Assembly (NCBI GenBank): GCA_965207885.1
Contig: OZ242311.1
Coordinates: forward strand, 3,840,001-3,904,000
Direction: 5' to 3'
From: Candidatus Latescibacterota bacterium
GTDB taxonomy: Bacteria > Latescibacterota > UBA2968
Length of the DNA: 64,000 bases
A program made the position numbers and the translations under genes. This document shows, piece by piece, positions 20,206 to 29,436 of this stretch. How positions within the stretch are numbered: position 1 is the stretch's first letter; each line of letters begins with the position of its first letter. The notes under the pieces were generated by a model, which saw only the letters and a program-made list of their open reading frames with translations, was not told the DNA's origin and searched no databases.

Positions 20206-21233
20206 TCATCTTTTATCTTTTTTCGCCCCGCAGGATTCCCGCACGACCAGATGCGATTTCAAAGTTATTTGCCGAGGCGTATTCCGACCCTCGAGTTGCT
20301 CCAGCATCAGATCCATTGCCGCCCGAGCAACCGCCTCGTAAGGCGTTACCAGTGTGGTCAGTGAAGGCGTCACATAAGCCGCCACGTCAATATCCCCACT
20401 ACCCACCACCGCTACGTCTTCGGGTATGCGAATACCCGATTCCTGTAGCCCTTTACAAACGCCTATCGCCATATAATCGTCCCGGCATATAAGAGCCGTG
20501 AACCGACCGCCGAGTTCTTTGCCCTGGCGATATCCCGATTCTGCAAAAATATCGCTAACAGGTATGCGTTTGGGCGTCAGGCCGTGCTGTTGCATCGCCA
20601 GCAAATATCCTTTACCCTTAGCCGAAACCGGGCTGGACTCACTCCAATCCTCTCCGATAAACCCGATCTGCTCGTGCCCCAACTTGATCAAATGCTCTGT
20701 GGCCTCGAAATAATCCGCCACATAGTCCAGTATGACTCCGCTCAGGTTTTCAGCTGGATAGTGCAATGTCACCACTGGCACCCGTCCCTTTACAGCATCC
20801 AAAATACGGTCTGACTCTCCTTCGTCCCCTCGCGTATGAATTAAAAGTCCATCTATGCCCCAGGAAACCAACTGCTTGATCTGCGCAGTCTCGTCATCTC
20901 TTGAAATCTGAGAGACCCGGTTAGAAGCCACTCCCATCATGATCTGATAATCATGCTCGACAGCAGTCCCCAGTATCTGATCAATCTGGTTTCCAAATGT
21001 CTCCTGGAAAATCTGATAGGTCAGCAGGCCCAGTGTACCCGTCTTCCCCATCACAATCCCCCGCGCCATCAAATTGGGGCTGTAATCCATCTCGGCGGCT
21101 GTTTGTCGCACCAGTTCTCGGGTACTCTCCTTCACCAATACCGAAGCGTGTGGAGACAGCGCACGTGAGACTGTTGAATAAGAAATTCCCAACTTCCTCG
21201 CAATATCTTTAATCGTAGCTTGTTTTTTTTCAT
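20206..21233 (-). CDS. LacI-family transcriptional regulator; ATG out of frame because of an A8 run
   Basis: In-frame QATIKDIARKLGISYSTVSRAL HTH and IPEDVAVVG..D ligand domain. ATG at 21233 is followed by A8 (21223-21230) and is out of frame. Confidence 0.85.
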
Positions 21234-21312
21234 TGACTTATCTCTCACCAATTAAGCGACATAAATGAGGGCGCATAACTCACGAGCAGACCGTTTTGAT
21301 TTGGCTCAGACT

Positions 21313-21353
21313 AAAAAAAGGGCGATATATCGTCCCGAGACAATATATCGCCC
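21313..21353 (-). terminator. Intrinsic terminator-like hairpin upstream of LacI
   Basis: GGGCGATATAT...ATATATCGCCC with A7 on the left (U-tract on the minus strand). Confidence 0.6.
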
Positions 21354-21406
21354 CTAATAAAAAATAACAAGTCCTATTTTTCTCATCTCAAATCGCCCTG
21401 CTGCGC

Positions 21407-21435
21407 TTGACAACGCCTCTCAACCCCCTTAACTT
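21407..21435 (+). promoter_or_regulatory. Putative sigma70 promoter
   Basis: TTGACA-17 bp-TAACTT upstream of 21474. Confidence 0.55.
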
Positions 21436-21473
21436 TCGACATCTACTCCACTGTATTCTTTACGGATATTCCC

Positions 21474-22574
21474 ATGCCTACCCGTCTTTATTTCACCTTT
21501 ATCTTCCTGCTGGGATTTGTTGCCTATGCCAATGCGCAGGGCGATCCCGCCGAGATCCCCGCACGCTACGATCTAGCCCGCATGTCGCTGGAAGACGGCG
21601 AGGTCTATTATGCCGAGCAGCAATTCCTCAAAATCCTCAAAATTGACCCCAAACACGCGCCCACACATTTAATTTTGGGCCGCCTCTATCACCATCAAAA
21701 ACACAACGCCAATGCTTATCGCCACTTCAAAACCTATCTCGATCTCTCGCCTGAAGCACCCGACAAAGCCACAGTTCGCACCTTGCTCAATACCCTCGCC
21801 GAAAGCCTGAAGGCATCCGGCAAGGGGTGGGTCGTCATCGACCCGTCAACGCCCTGGCGGCCATCTGTCCCACCCCAACCCGATGAACTCGGTTTTATAT
21901 CCATCCAGGGCGGCACCTTCCTTATGGGTGGCACTTTTGAAAACGAAAAACCCATCCGCCTGGTCACAGTGTCCGATTTCGAACTCTTAGACCACGAAGT
22001 CACCAACACCGAATACTTTGCCTTCACAAAAGCCACAGGCCAACCCTCGCCCGAACACTGGCGAGAAGACTGGTTCTGGATGTCTGAGTTCGGCACCCAT
22101 CCCGTTGTCAACATCACCTATTACGACGCCGAAGCTTATTGCCACTATCTGGACGCGCGCTTGCCCACCGAAGCAGAGTGGGAATACGCATGCCGCGCAG
22201 GTCGCACCCAGGCCAAATATCCCTGGGGCGACGACCCGCCCGACGAACAAAAAGCCAATTACGGACGCATCTTCAAAACGCCTTACCCCACACGAGCCGT
22301 CAAATCCCACCTCCCCAATGCCTATGGTCTCTACGACATGGCGGGAAATGTGTGGGAGTGGTGTGCCGATTGGTACGATCCAAACTATTACAAAAACGCC
22401 CCTACTGATAACCCCAAAGGGCCGGACAAGGGCTTTGATTATCAACACACGCGCAGGGGTGGGCAATGGCAGTCCTCCCCTCATTCTCTGCGTTGTGCCC
22501 GCCGCTATGGTGGCGAACCCTCGGCTCAGGACAACGGCAGCATGGCCTACTTTGGCTTTCGCTGCGCCCGGTAG
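21474..22574 (+). CDS. TPR + SUMF1/EgtB/PvdO (FGE-sulfatase fold) domain protein
   Basis: F.MG, EVTN.EY..F, PVVNITYYDA.AYC, RLPTEAEWEYACR, NAYGLYDMAGNVWEW, GFRC. Confidence 0.9.
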   Translation: MPTRLYFTFIFLLGFVAYANAQGDPAEIPARYDLARMSLEDGEVYYAEQQFLKILKIDPKHAPTHLILGRLYHHQKHNANAYRHFKTYLDLSPEAPDKATVRTLLNTLAESLKASGKGWVVIDPSTPWRPSVPPQPDELGFISIQGGTFLMGGTFENEKPIRLVTVSDFELLDHEVTNTEYFAFTKATGQPSPEHWREDWFWMSEFGTHPVVNITYYDAEAYCHYLDARLPTEAEWEYACRAGRTQAKYPWGDDPPDEQKANYGRIFKTPYPTRAVKSHLPNAYGLYDMAGNVWEWCADWYDPNYYKNAPTDNPKGPDKGFDYQHTRRGGQWQSSPHSLRCARRYGGEPSAQDNGSMAYFGFRCAR

Positions 22575-22587
22575 AAGAGAGACCGCC

Positions 22588-23661
22588 ATGCCAATGCCAA
22601 TCCGCCTCACATTTCTCTGCGCCCTCCTGGTCGCCCTTCCGATAGCTGTATATAGTGGCGACATCCCCCGCGTGCCATTGGGCCATGACGAAATCCGCTA
22701 TCTCAACAGCATTCCCAAAAACAATCCCCTCACCCAAACTAAAATAGCCCTGGGCAAACTCCTCTTTTTTGACAAGCGGCTCTCCAGAGACGGCAGCATA
22801 GCCTGTGGCTCTTGCCACCAGCCCCACCGCGCCTTTACCGATGGCCGCGTCTTGCCCACCGGTATCGACGGTCAGACTCCCAGGCGCAATGTGCCCACCC
22901 TGATCAACCGGGCCTACGGCACGATTCATTTCTACGATGGCAGGGCTGCTTCCCTCGAAGAACAGGCCCTTATCCCCATCCAGAGTCCCACAGAAATGGG
23001 CAACACCCTTGAGCATGTCGTCGCCACTTTATCGGTTATCTCTGGTTACCGCACCCACTTCAAAGCCGCATTTGGGGACAGCACCATCACACCCGACCGC
23101 ATCGCCAAAGCCTTAGCCGCTTTCGAACGCACGCTGATCTCCGGCGAATCGCCCTACGATTTGTTCGAATACGGCGGTCCCAAAGGCTCCATGTCCGCAT
23201 CCGCTATCCGGGGCCTGCGCCTCTTTCGCACCAAAGCGCGATGCACACTCTGCCACATGGGATTCAACTATACCGACGAAGACTTCCACAACATCGGTAC
23301 GGGTTGGGATCGCGCCGATCTTTCCGCTTACGAAAAAACCGGCAACTTAAAAGACATTAAAGGCATAGACCCCGGGCACTATACACAAACCAAAAAACCA
23401 GAACACTTTGGCGCAATGAAAACACCCACCCTGCGCGAAATTGCACGCACAGCCCCTTATATGCACGACGGCAGCTTCAAAACCCTGCAAGAAATCATCG
23501 AATTTTACGACAAAGGCGGTACACCCAATCCCTTCCTCGACGAATTGATCACTCCCCTTAACCTCACCGATGCCGAAAAACAGGATCTAATCGCCTTTCT
23601 CAAAGCACTCAACGGCATCAACTGGCTCCATATTGAGCCGCCATTTCGATTTCCCAAATAA
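22588..23661 (+). CDS. Di-heme cytochrome c peroxidase (bCcP/MauG family)
   Basis: LGKLLFFDKRLS..G..ACGSCH, RNVPTLIN, FYDGRA.SLEEQA, CTLCH, KTPTLR...TAPYMHDG. True start is MPMP at 22588. Confidence 0.92.
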   Translation: MPMPIRLTFLCALLVALPIAVYSGDIPRVPLGHDEIRYLNSIPKNNPLTQTKIALGKLLFFDKRLSRDGSIACGSCHQPHRAFTDGRVLPTGIDGQTPRRNVPTLINRAYGTIHFYDGRAASLEEQALIPIQSPTEMGNTLEHVVATLSVISGYRTHFKAAFGDSTITPDRIAKALAAFERTLISGESPYDLFEYGGPKGSMSASAIRGLRLFRTKARCTLCHMGFNYTDEDFHNIGTGWDRADLSAYEKTGNLKDIKGIDPGHYTQTKKPEHFGAMKTPTLREIARTAPYMHDGSFKTLQEIIEFYDKGGTPNPFLDELITPLNLTDAEKQDLIAFLKALNGINWLHIEPPFRFPK

Positions 23662-23665
23662 ATGT

Positions 23666-23701
23666 AAAAAGGCGACCGAACTTTTATTCAGTCGCCTTTT
23701 T
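23666..23701. terminator. Bidirectional intrinsic terminator
   Basis: A5-GGCGACCGAA...TTCAGTCGCC-T5 between convergent genes; same stem family as 12400. Confidence 0.85.
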
Positions 23702-23733
23702 GCCTGACTCAATACTGAGGTTCAATATTTCTA

Positions 23734-24579
23734 TCATTTTTCGCTTTGGTTAGCGCCACACGATTCCCGCACAACCAAACGCGATTTTAAAATTACTTGC
23801 CGAGGTTCAGCCTGCGCCTCGAGTTGTTCCAGCATCAGATCCATAACAGCCCGGGCAATCGCCTCGTACGGGGTTGCCAACGTCGTCAGCGCCGGCGTCA
23901 GATAAGCCGCAACTTCTATATCTCCATTACCCACCACAGCCACATCATCGGGTATGCGAATACCCGATTCCCACAGCCCTCGACAAACACCTATGGCCGT
24001 ATAATCGTCCCGGCATACAAGAGCCGTAAACTGGTCGCCGAGCTCTTTGCTCTCGCGATATCCTCCTTCTGTCTGGATATTCCTGGAGGACAAGAACTGG
24101 TGCGTCAGACCGTAATTTCGCATTGCCAGCAAATATCCCTTGGCCTTGGCCGAAATCAGGCTGGTCTCATTCCCGTCCGGCCCAATAAATCCGATCCGCT
24201 CGTGACCCAACTCGATCAAATGCTCTGTAGCCCCATAAAAGTCCGATACAAAGTCCAACACGATCCCGCTCAGGTTTGGAGTCGGATAGAAAAATGTCAC
24301 CACGGGCACTCGTCCCCTCACGGCATTCAAAATGCGCACTGACTCCTCTTCGTCGCCCCACGTATGAATTAAAAGTCCGTCTACGCCTCGGGCAATCAAC
24401 TGTTGGATCTGCAGGATCTGATCTTCCAGTGAGTTCAGAGAAATCCGATTAGAGGCCACTTTCAGCAGTAACTGATAATTCTGCTTATTAGCTTCCCTCA
24501 GGAGGTGATCGATCATAATCCCAAACGTCTTCAGGGAAATCTGGTAGGTCAGCACCCCCAGTGTACCCATCTTCTCCAT
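23734..24579 (-). CDS. LacI-family ligand-binding domain lacking the HTH (truncated paralog, possible pseudogene)
   Basis: Paralogous to the flanking LacI genes from GTLG.LTYQI onward; a frameshifted hinge remnant lies upstream (24580-24626). Confidence 0.75.
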   Translation of the reverse strand: MEKMGTLGVLTYQISLKTFGIMIDHLLREANKQNYQLLLKVASNRISLNSLEDQILQIQQLIARGVDGLLIHTWGDEEESVRILNAVRGRVPVVTFFYPTPNLSGIVLDFVSDFYGATEHLIELGHERIGFIGPDGNETSLISAKAKGYLLAMRNYGLTHQFLSSRNIQTEGGYRESKELGDQFTALVCRDDYTAIGVCRGLWESGIRIPDDVAVVGNGDIEVAAYLTPALTTLATPYEAIARAVMDLMLEQLEAQAEPRQVILKSRLVVRESCGANQSEK

Positions 24580-24871
24580 TACAATCTCCTACAATCTCCC
24601 CGCCGTCAAATTGGGCTATAGTCCATCGCGAACGATTTTTGTAGCGATTCCAGTACAGTTTTTTTACTCCACTGTTCTATCCTTCTAAATATAATATGCT
24701 ACTTGCGCGATACTTCCCCCTGAATTATATTTTATCAGCACAATGTAATTTATGTTGTGCATTTAGGTCGAACGGGGTTTGTCTGGCAGGACCTGCCCCC
24801 GTTCGACTTTTTATACCTATTTTTGCACACGCTTGCATACAACTTTCTAAAAATATATCAAATATATTACA

Positions 24872-24900
24872 ATTATTCCTAAGATTAAGTCTATTGTCAA
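24872..24900 (-). promoter_or_regulatory. Putative sigma70 promoter just downstream of the LacI stop
   Basis: TTGACA-17 bp-AATAAT; a homologous TTGACA lies after LacI 20206 (20188-20193). Confidence 0.5.
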
Positions 24901-24912
24901 GTATTTTTTCTG

Positions 24913-25941
24913 TCATCCCTTACTTTTATTAGCACCACACGATTCCCGCACGACCAGACGCGATCTCAAGGTCACTTGACGAGGCGTATCCTGTTCCTCG
25001 AGTTTTTCCAGCATCAGATCCATCGCAGCTTGGGCAATCGCCTCGTATGGCATTGCCAGAGTGGTCAGAGCCGGCGTCATATAAGCCGCAACGTCAATAT
25101 CCCCATAACCCACCACAGCCACATCATCGGGTATGCGAATACCCAATTCCCATAACCCTCGACAAACGCCTATGGCCGTATAATCGTCCCGACACACAAG
25201 GGCAGTAAACTGGTTACCGAGTTCTTTGCCCAGGCGATACCCCGCTTCTGCATTGATGGTACTGACAGGTGTGTAGTTGGGCGTCAGGCCGTGATTTTGC
25301 ATCGCCAAGCCATACCCCTTGCCCTGGTTTGAAAGCGGGGTGTTATCATTCCAGTGCGATCCGAGAAACCCGATCCGCTCATGTCCCAATTTGATCAAAT
25401 GCTCTGTGGCCTCGTAAAAATCTGATACAAGGTCCAATATGACCCCACTCAAATTTTGAGTTGGATAAAAAAATGTCACTACTGGCACGCGTCCCTTAAC
25501 GACATCCAAAATACGCTCTGATTCTCCTTCGTCCCCTCGCGTATGAATTAAAAGTCCATCTACGCCCCAGGAAACCAACTGCTTGACCTGTATAATCTGG
25601 TCATCTCGTGGATTTTTAGGAATCCGGTTAGAGGCCACTCCCATCATGATCTGATAATCATACTCGTCAGCCACCTTCATTATCTGATCGGTCTGATGTC
25701 CAAATGTCTCCTGGAAAATCTGGTAGGTCAGCAACCCCAATGTACCTGTTTTTCCCGTCACAATCCCCCGCGCCATCAAATTGGGATTGTAGTCCATCTC
25801 GGCGGCTGTTTGTCGCACCAGTTCTCGGGTCTCCTCCTTCACCAATATCGAAGCGTTTGGAGACAGCGCACGTGAGACTGTTGAATACGAAATACCCAAC
25901 TGCCTTGCTATATCTTTGATGGTAACAGACCTTTTGTTCAT
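24913..25941 (-). CDS. LacI-family transcriptional regulator (intact)
   Basis: MNKRSVTIKDIARQLGISYSTVSRAL...IPDDVAVVGYGD...LVVRESCG. Confidence 0.93.
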   Translation of the reverse strand: MNKRSVTIKDIARQLGISYSTVSRALSPNASILVKEETRELVRQTAAEMDYNPNLMARGIVTGKTGTLGLLTYQIFQETFGHQTDQIMKVADEYDYQIMMGVASNRIPKNPRDDQIIQVKQLVSWGVDGLLIHTRGDEGESERILDVVKGRVPVVTFFYPTQNLSGVILDLVSDFYEATEHLIKLGHERIGFLGSHWNDNTPLSNQGKGYGLAMQNHGLTPNYTPVSTINAEAGYRLGKELGNQFTALVCRDDYTAIGVCRGLWELGIRIPDDVAVVGYGDIDVAAYMTPALTTLAMPYEAIAQAAMDLMLEKLEEQDTPRQVTLRSRLVVRESCGANKSKG

Positions 25942-26032
25942 TAGATAATCCCTTTGCCAGGTAAACGATATAAACACTACAAAATTTAACAATTTTCGCA
26001 GAGATATGCTAACAAATCAGGTTTATTTTTTT

Positions 26033-26046
26033 GCTAATCGCTTTGC
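26033..26046. promoter_or_regulatory. Candidate LacI-type operator
   Basis: GCTAATCGCTTTGC, an imperfect palindrome with AAnCGnTT core, about 90 bp upstream of the LacI start. Confidence 0.4.
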
Positions 26047-26099
26047 CTGTTCTACCAGGCCGTGGAACGGTGCTGGTTGTATGTCTTCTTTGGACATCG

Positions 26100-28253
26100 C
26101 TAATCCTCCTGAAAACTGTGAAGCGAGAACGCGCACGCCCGGCTCCAATCGCTCCACACCCCTTGTGTATTTCGCGCGCGCATGCGCCAATAATATCGCT
26201 CGCCAGGATTCAGCAGCCCTGCAAACTGCGGTTGCCAGCGCGTCTTCCCCTGGTATGCCGTGCGGCTCACATATCGGTCAAAAGTGGGACACACGCACCA
26301 CCGGAAATCCGGGTACCTGCTCACCTGTACGTGATAATCATCCACCTGTGACCCATTTCCCCCAGGACTTTTCCAGCGAAACTCAAAATCCGTCTGATCC
26401 AACTCTGCGTCATCATCTGGAAACACCGGTTCGGGTATATCCGGCGGTTTGATACAATGCTCCTCCTGCCATCCATAAGTTATCCGAACATTCCGCTTAC
26501 CCTTTGTCTCGTCTCGATATTGAATGTGATTTTCACCACAGAACAGCGAGGGCAAAGATCGCGTTGCACACTGCAAATCCGTATCAAACCAGATTTTATC
26601 CACCCCCACATCGCCGGCATTTTCACCAGCCCACATCGCCACCTGAACATAATATTCGTAACGCGGTCCAACCCGCCATCCCGGATCCCAATCTCCCCGC
26701 CAGTCGAACAAAGCCGGATTCAAATACCAGTCCAGATCCACACACGCACTTGTCCGATGTCCCGCTGCCACCCAGACCGACCGCCAGTCATTTCCATCCA
26801 GAGACAGCAGCACCTCAAGCCCGTCTTTCCCGCTCGCCCGCCTGTAGGACAAACCCACCCGCGCCCCGGCAATGGGATATGGCGAATGTACCTTCCAGAT
26901 CATTCGGGAAACGCGCTGCTCCTGAATCGGATGAACAGCAGGCAACCGCTCCGACATTTCCTGTACCACATTCACCTGCTGTTCTACCCCCCCCAGCGCC
27001 AGCGGATTTCGCAGATCGGGCCGATAGACCAGCTTGCCGTTGGAATACCGCACCTCCGGGTGCAACCGACGCCCTCGCACCACCGTCTTGCCCACCTGAT
27101 CCCAATAGCGCACCAACTTCTCGCCCGGCCGCAAGCGCATCGCCATCGTATGGGGCGGCGGCAACTGCGTCGTATCCTGTTGCAAACGACCATCTTCCCG
27201 AGTCCAGGCACCGCTCGGATTGGTCGGATACACAAATTCCCGATTCTTGAACTGCGCGCTGTAATAATCCTTCTCCGCCATATCCTTTCCCGCCAGCCCC
27301 AGATTCCTGTGCGACCTACTCATCAGTTCGGGATCCCTCGCCAGGTCGGCGACACTGGCCACCGTGCGGTTATCGCGTTTTAAGAAAAACACCATCTGAT
27401 CTGTATCGAGCAAATGCCACGCCCCATTCGCCCACGCTTCGAAAATCGTATGGCTGCACTGCCGCCCTCGACCGTGCCCATCCAGAATACCGCCAACCCA
27501 CACCTCCCTCGACTTCACCCCCATCACCTCACCCAACCGACTCGTGGCAATCGCATACCCTATACACCCCTCAAACCCATACGCATTGAACAGCTTCACC
27601 GGATCGCTCACATCGTCATACCACGACATCCCGCATCGGCTGTCGTAAACCTCATCCACGACAAACTGCCACAACGCCATCATCCGCTCTTCTTCGTCCA
27701 GATCCCGCCCGCCTATCGCCTCTTTTGCCATCGCCTCTACCGACCACCAATCCCGCTGTCCATTTGCCATCAGCCACGGATTCACCAGATCTGTTTCACC
27801 CGTATTCTCGATCACCACATACAAATTTGGCTCAAACACCCGATCATAAGGCGGCATACTCGAATTTGGCCCCGGGCAATACACCTCTGGCCCAAGAGTC
27901 ACAGCATTCGACTCATCTACATATCCACCCATCTGAACCTCAAACGCTTCTGCCTCCTGCGTCAGATCGACCTGTGCCTCACAAGGCGCCCGGGGCACCA
28001 GCGCCTCAACGGGTTCCATATCCTTCAACTCGCCCTGCTCTGGATACTGAGTAGAACCAACAGCTATATAATAATACGTCTTCCCCGGTATCAAATCCGC
28101 CGCATCCACAAACCGATCATCTCGGATAACACCGACTTCTTCAAACACACCATCCGCCCGATCCGCGCGATAAATTCGCATCCCCCGAGCGTCCTTGCAC
28201 GCCACCCGCAGGGTGACGCAATTGATAGCCGTATCTAAAATTTTGAGTACCAT
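26100..28253 (-). CDS. Transglutaminase-like (Cys-His-Asp) domain protein with Fn3-like termini
   Basis: GFEGCIGYA...SHTIFEAW...WHLLDTD triad pattern; YYYIAV and YYWRMRARN..G.WS.WS Fn3-like ends. Confidence 0.65.
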   Translation of the reverse strand: MVLKILDTAINCVTLRVACKDARGMRIYRADRADGVFEEVGVIRDDRFVDAADLIPGKTYYYIAVGSTQYPEQGELKDMEPVEALVPRAPCEAQVDLTQEAEAFEVQMGGYVDESNAVTLGPEVYCPGPNSSMPPYDRVFEPNLYVVIENTGETDLVNPWLMANGQRDWWSVEAMAKEAIGGRDLDEEERMMALWQFVVDEVYDSRCGMSWYDDVSDPVKLFNAYGFEGCIGYAIATSRLGEVMGVKSREVWVGGILDGHGRGRQCSHTIFEAWANGAWHLLDTDQMVFFLKRDNRTVASVADLARDPELMSRSHRNLGLAGKDMAEKDYYSAQFKNREFVYPTNPSGAWTREDGRLQQDTTQLPPPHTMAMRLRPGEKLVRYWDQVGKTVVRGRRLHPEVRYSNGKLVYRPDLRNPLALGGVEQQVNVVQEMSERLPAVHPIQEQRVSRMIWKVHSPYPIAGARVGLSYRRASGKDGLEVLLSLDGNDWRSVWVAAGHRTSACVDLDWYLNPALFDWRGDWDPGWRVGPRYEYYVQVAMWAGENAGDVGVDKIWFDTDLQCATRSLPSLFCGENHIQYRDETKGKRNVRITYGWQEEHCIKPPDIPEPVFPDDDAELDQTDFEFRWKSPGGNGSQVDDYHVQVSRYPDFRWCVCPTFDRYVSRTAYQGKTRWQPQFAGLLNPGERYYWRMRARNTQGVWSDWSRACAFSLHSFQED

Positions 28254-28361
28254 ATCCGAACCTCCCTCTGATCAAAGCGGAAAATCGCTTGATGGATCAT
28301 CCACACACATGTTATATTTCCTCAAATCTTCCCTCTAACCGCCATTCCCAGGAGACACGCC

Positions 28362-29423
28362 ATGAAACTCATCGAAACCGATCCCAACTCCGGCGCTGAA
28401 ATCCACCAACTCATCGACGAACCCCGCCCCGCCGACAACATCTATGGCGAACAACCCTATTCCTCAGCTGATGGAAGCCGCGTCACAATCCGATATTATC
28501 CCCAAAACGACCAGGACGGTGGCCTATCCTTCCTCGACCTCGCAGACGACAGCCTCCACACCGTACTCGACGAAGCCCCCCATTTCCCCGCCTTCCACGC
28601 CTGGGGCGAACACCTCTACTATCAGCAACAAGACGGGGACGCGCTTGTACTCAAACGCTGCAACTATCAGACCCTCGAAAAAGAAGACATCACAACTTTG
28701 CCAACCGAAGAGGGCCGATTTAGCTACGGCACCACTTCCCAGGACGGGCGTTACTACGCTGCCAGCGTCCATCCCGAAGGCGGATCGAGCAAAGTCTGGT
28801 GTACAGACCTCTCAACCGGGAAAAGCAGCACCCTTGCCCAGCGGGATGACTACCACTTCAAACACGAACAATTCTCCCTCGACGGCAACAACCGCATCCT
28901 CATTCAGGCCAACAAAATGCCCGACGTCAAATTCGTCCACCTCGGCGCTCTTGAACCCGACCGCGAAGGCATCACCTGGTTTCCCGTCGATCGCCCACAC
29001 ACGCCACGCCCCACCGGCCACGAAGCGTGGATTGGTACAACCGACCACATCTTCATCTCCACGGGACAAGACGAAGACAGCGAAGGCAACGTCTGGACTG
29101 CGGGCTTGCGCGACAATGCCCCAAATCTGGTCAGCAAAACTCCCCACCGCTTCGGTCACGTCAGCGTCTCCCATTGTGGCCGATACTGGGTTGGGGACGC
29201 CACCCAAGAAGAAAACATCCCCATCCACATCGGTTCCCTCGATTCGGGTCGTCACAAATGCCTCGTCCTCAGCCGCACCGAACACGACGACAACCAGTGG
29301 TCGCACACCCATCCTTACATGACCTCTGACAACGCGTGGCTCATCTACACCTCCAACCGCAGCGGTCACCCTCAGGTCTATGGTGCAAAAATCCCGCAGG
29401 AGTTCTTGGATAGTCTTTCGTAA
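28362..29423 (+). CDS. Oligogalacturonate lyase (PL22)-like / TolB-like beta-propeller
   Basis: D..SG.EI.QL, HEQFS, GHEAW, HTHPYMTSD..WLIYTSNRSG.PQVY. Confidence 0.7.
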   Translation: MKLIETDPNSGAEIHQLIDEPRPADNIYGEQPYSSADGSRVTIRYYPQNDQDGGLSFLDLADDSLHTVLDEAPHFPAFHAWGEHLYYQQQDGDALVLKRCNYQTLEKEDITTLPTEEGRFSYGTTSQDGRYYAASVHPEGGSSKVWCTDLSTGKSSTLAQRDDYHFKHEQFSLDGNNRILIQANKMPDVKFVHLGALEPDREGITWFPVDRPHTPRPTGHEAWIGTTDHIFISTGQDEDSEGNVWTAGLRDNAPNLVSKTPHRFGHVSVSHCGRYWVGDATQEENIPIHIGSLDSGRHKCLVLSRTEHDDNQWSHTHPYMTSDNAWLIYTSNRSGHPQVYGAKIPQEFLDSLS

Positions 29424-29436
29424 GCCTTCAAAACCC

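Noticed and set aside
21474-22574. Formylglycine-generating enzyme for the sulfatase at 52309
   Set aside because: The catalytic CxxxxC after RGG is absent (RGGQWQSSPHSLRC), so it is FGE-fold only.
22018-22587. N-terminal extension of the peroxidase ORF, suggesting a fusion or overlap
   Set aside because: It overlaps the SUMF1-fold gene in another frame; a signal peptide begins at ATG 22588.
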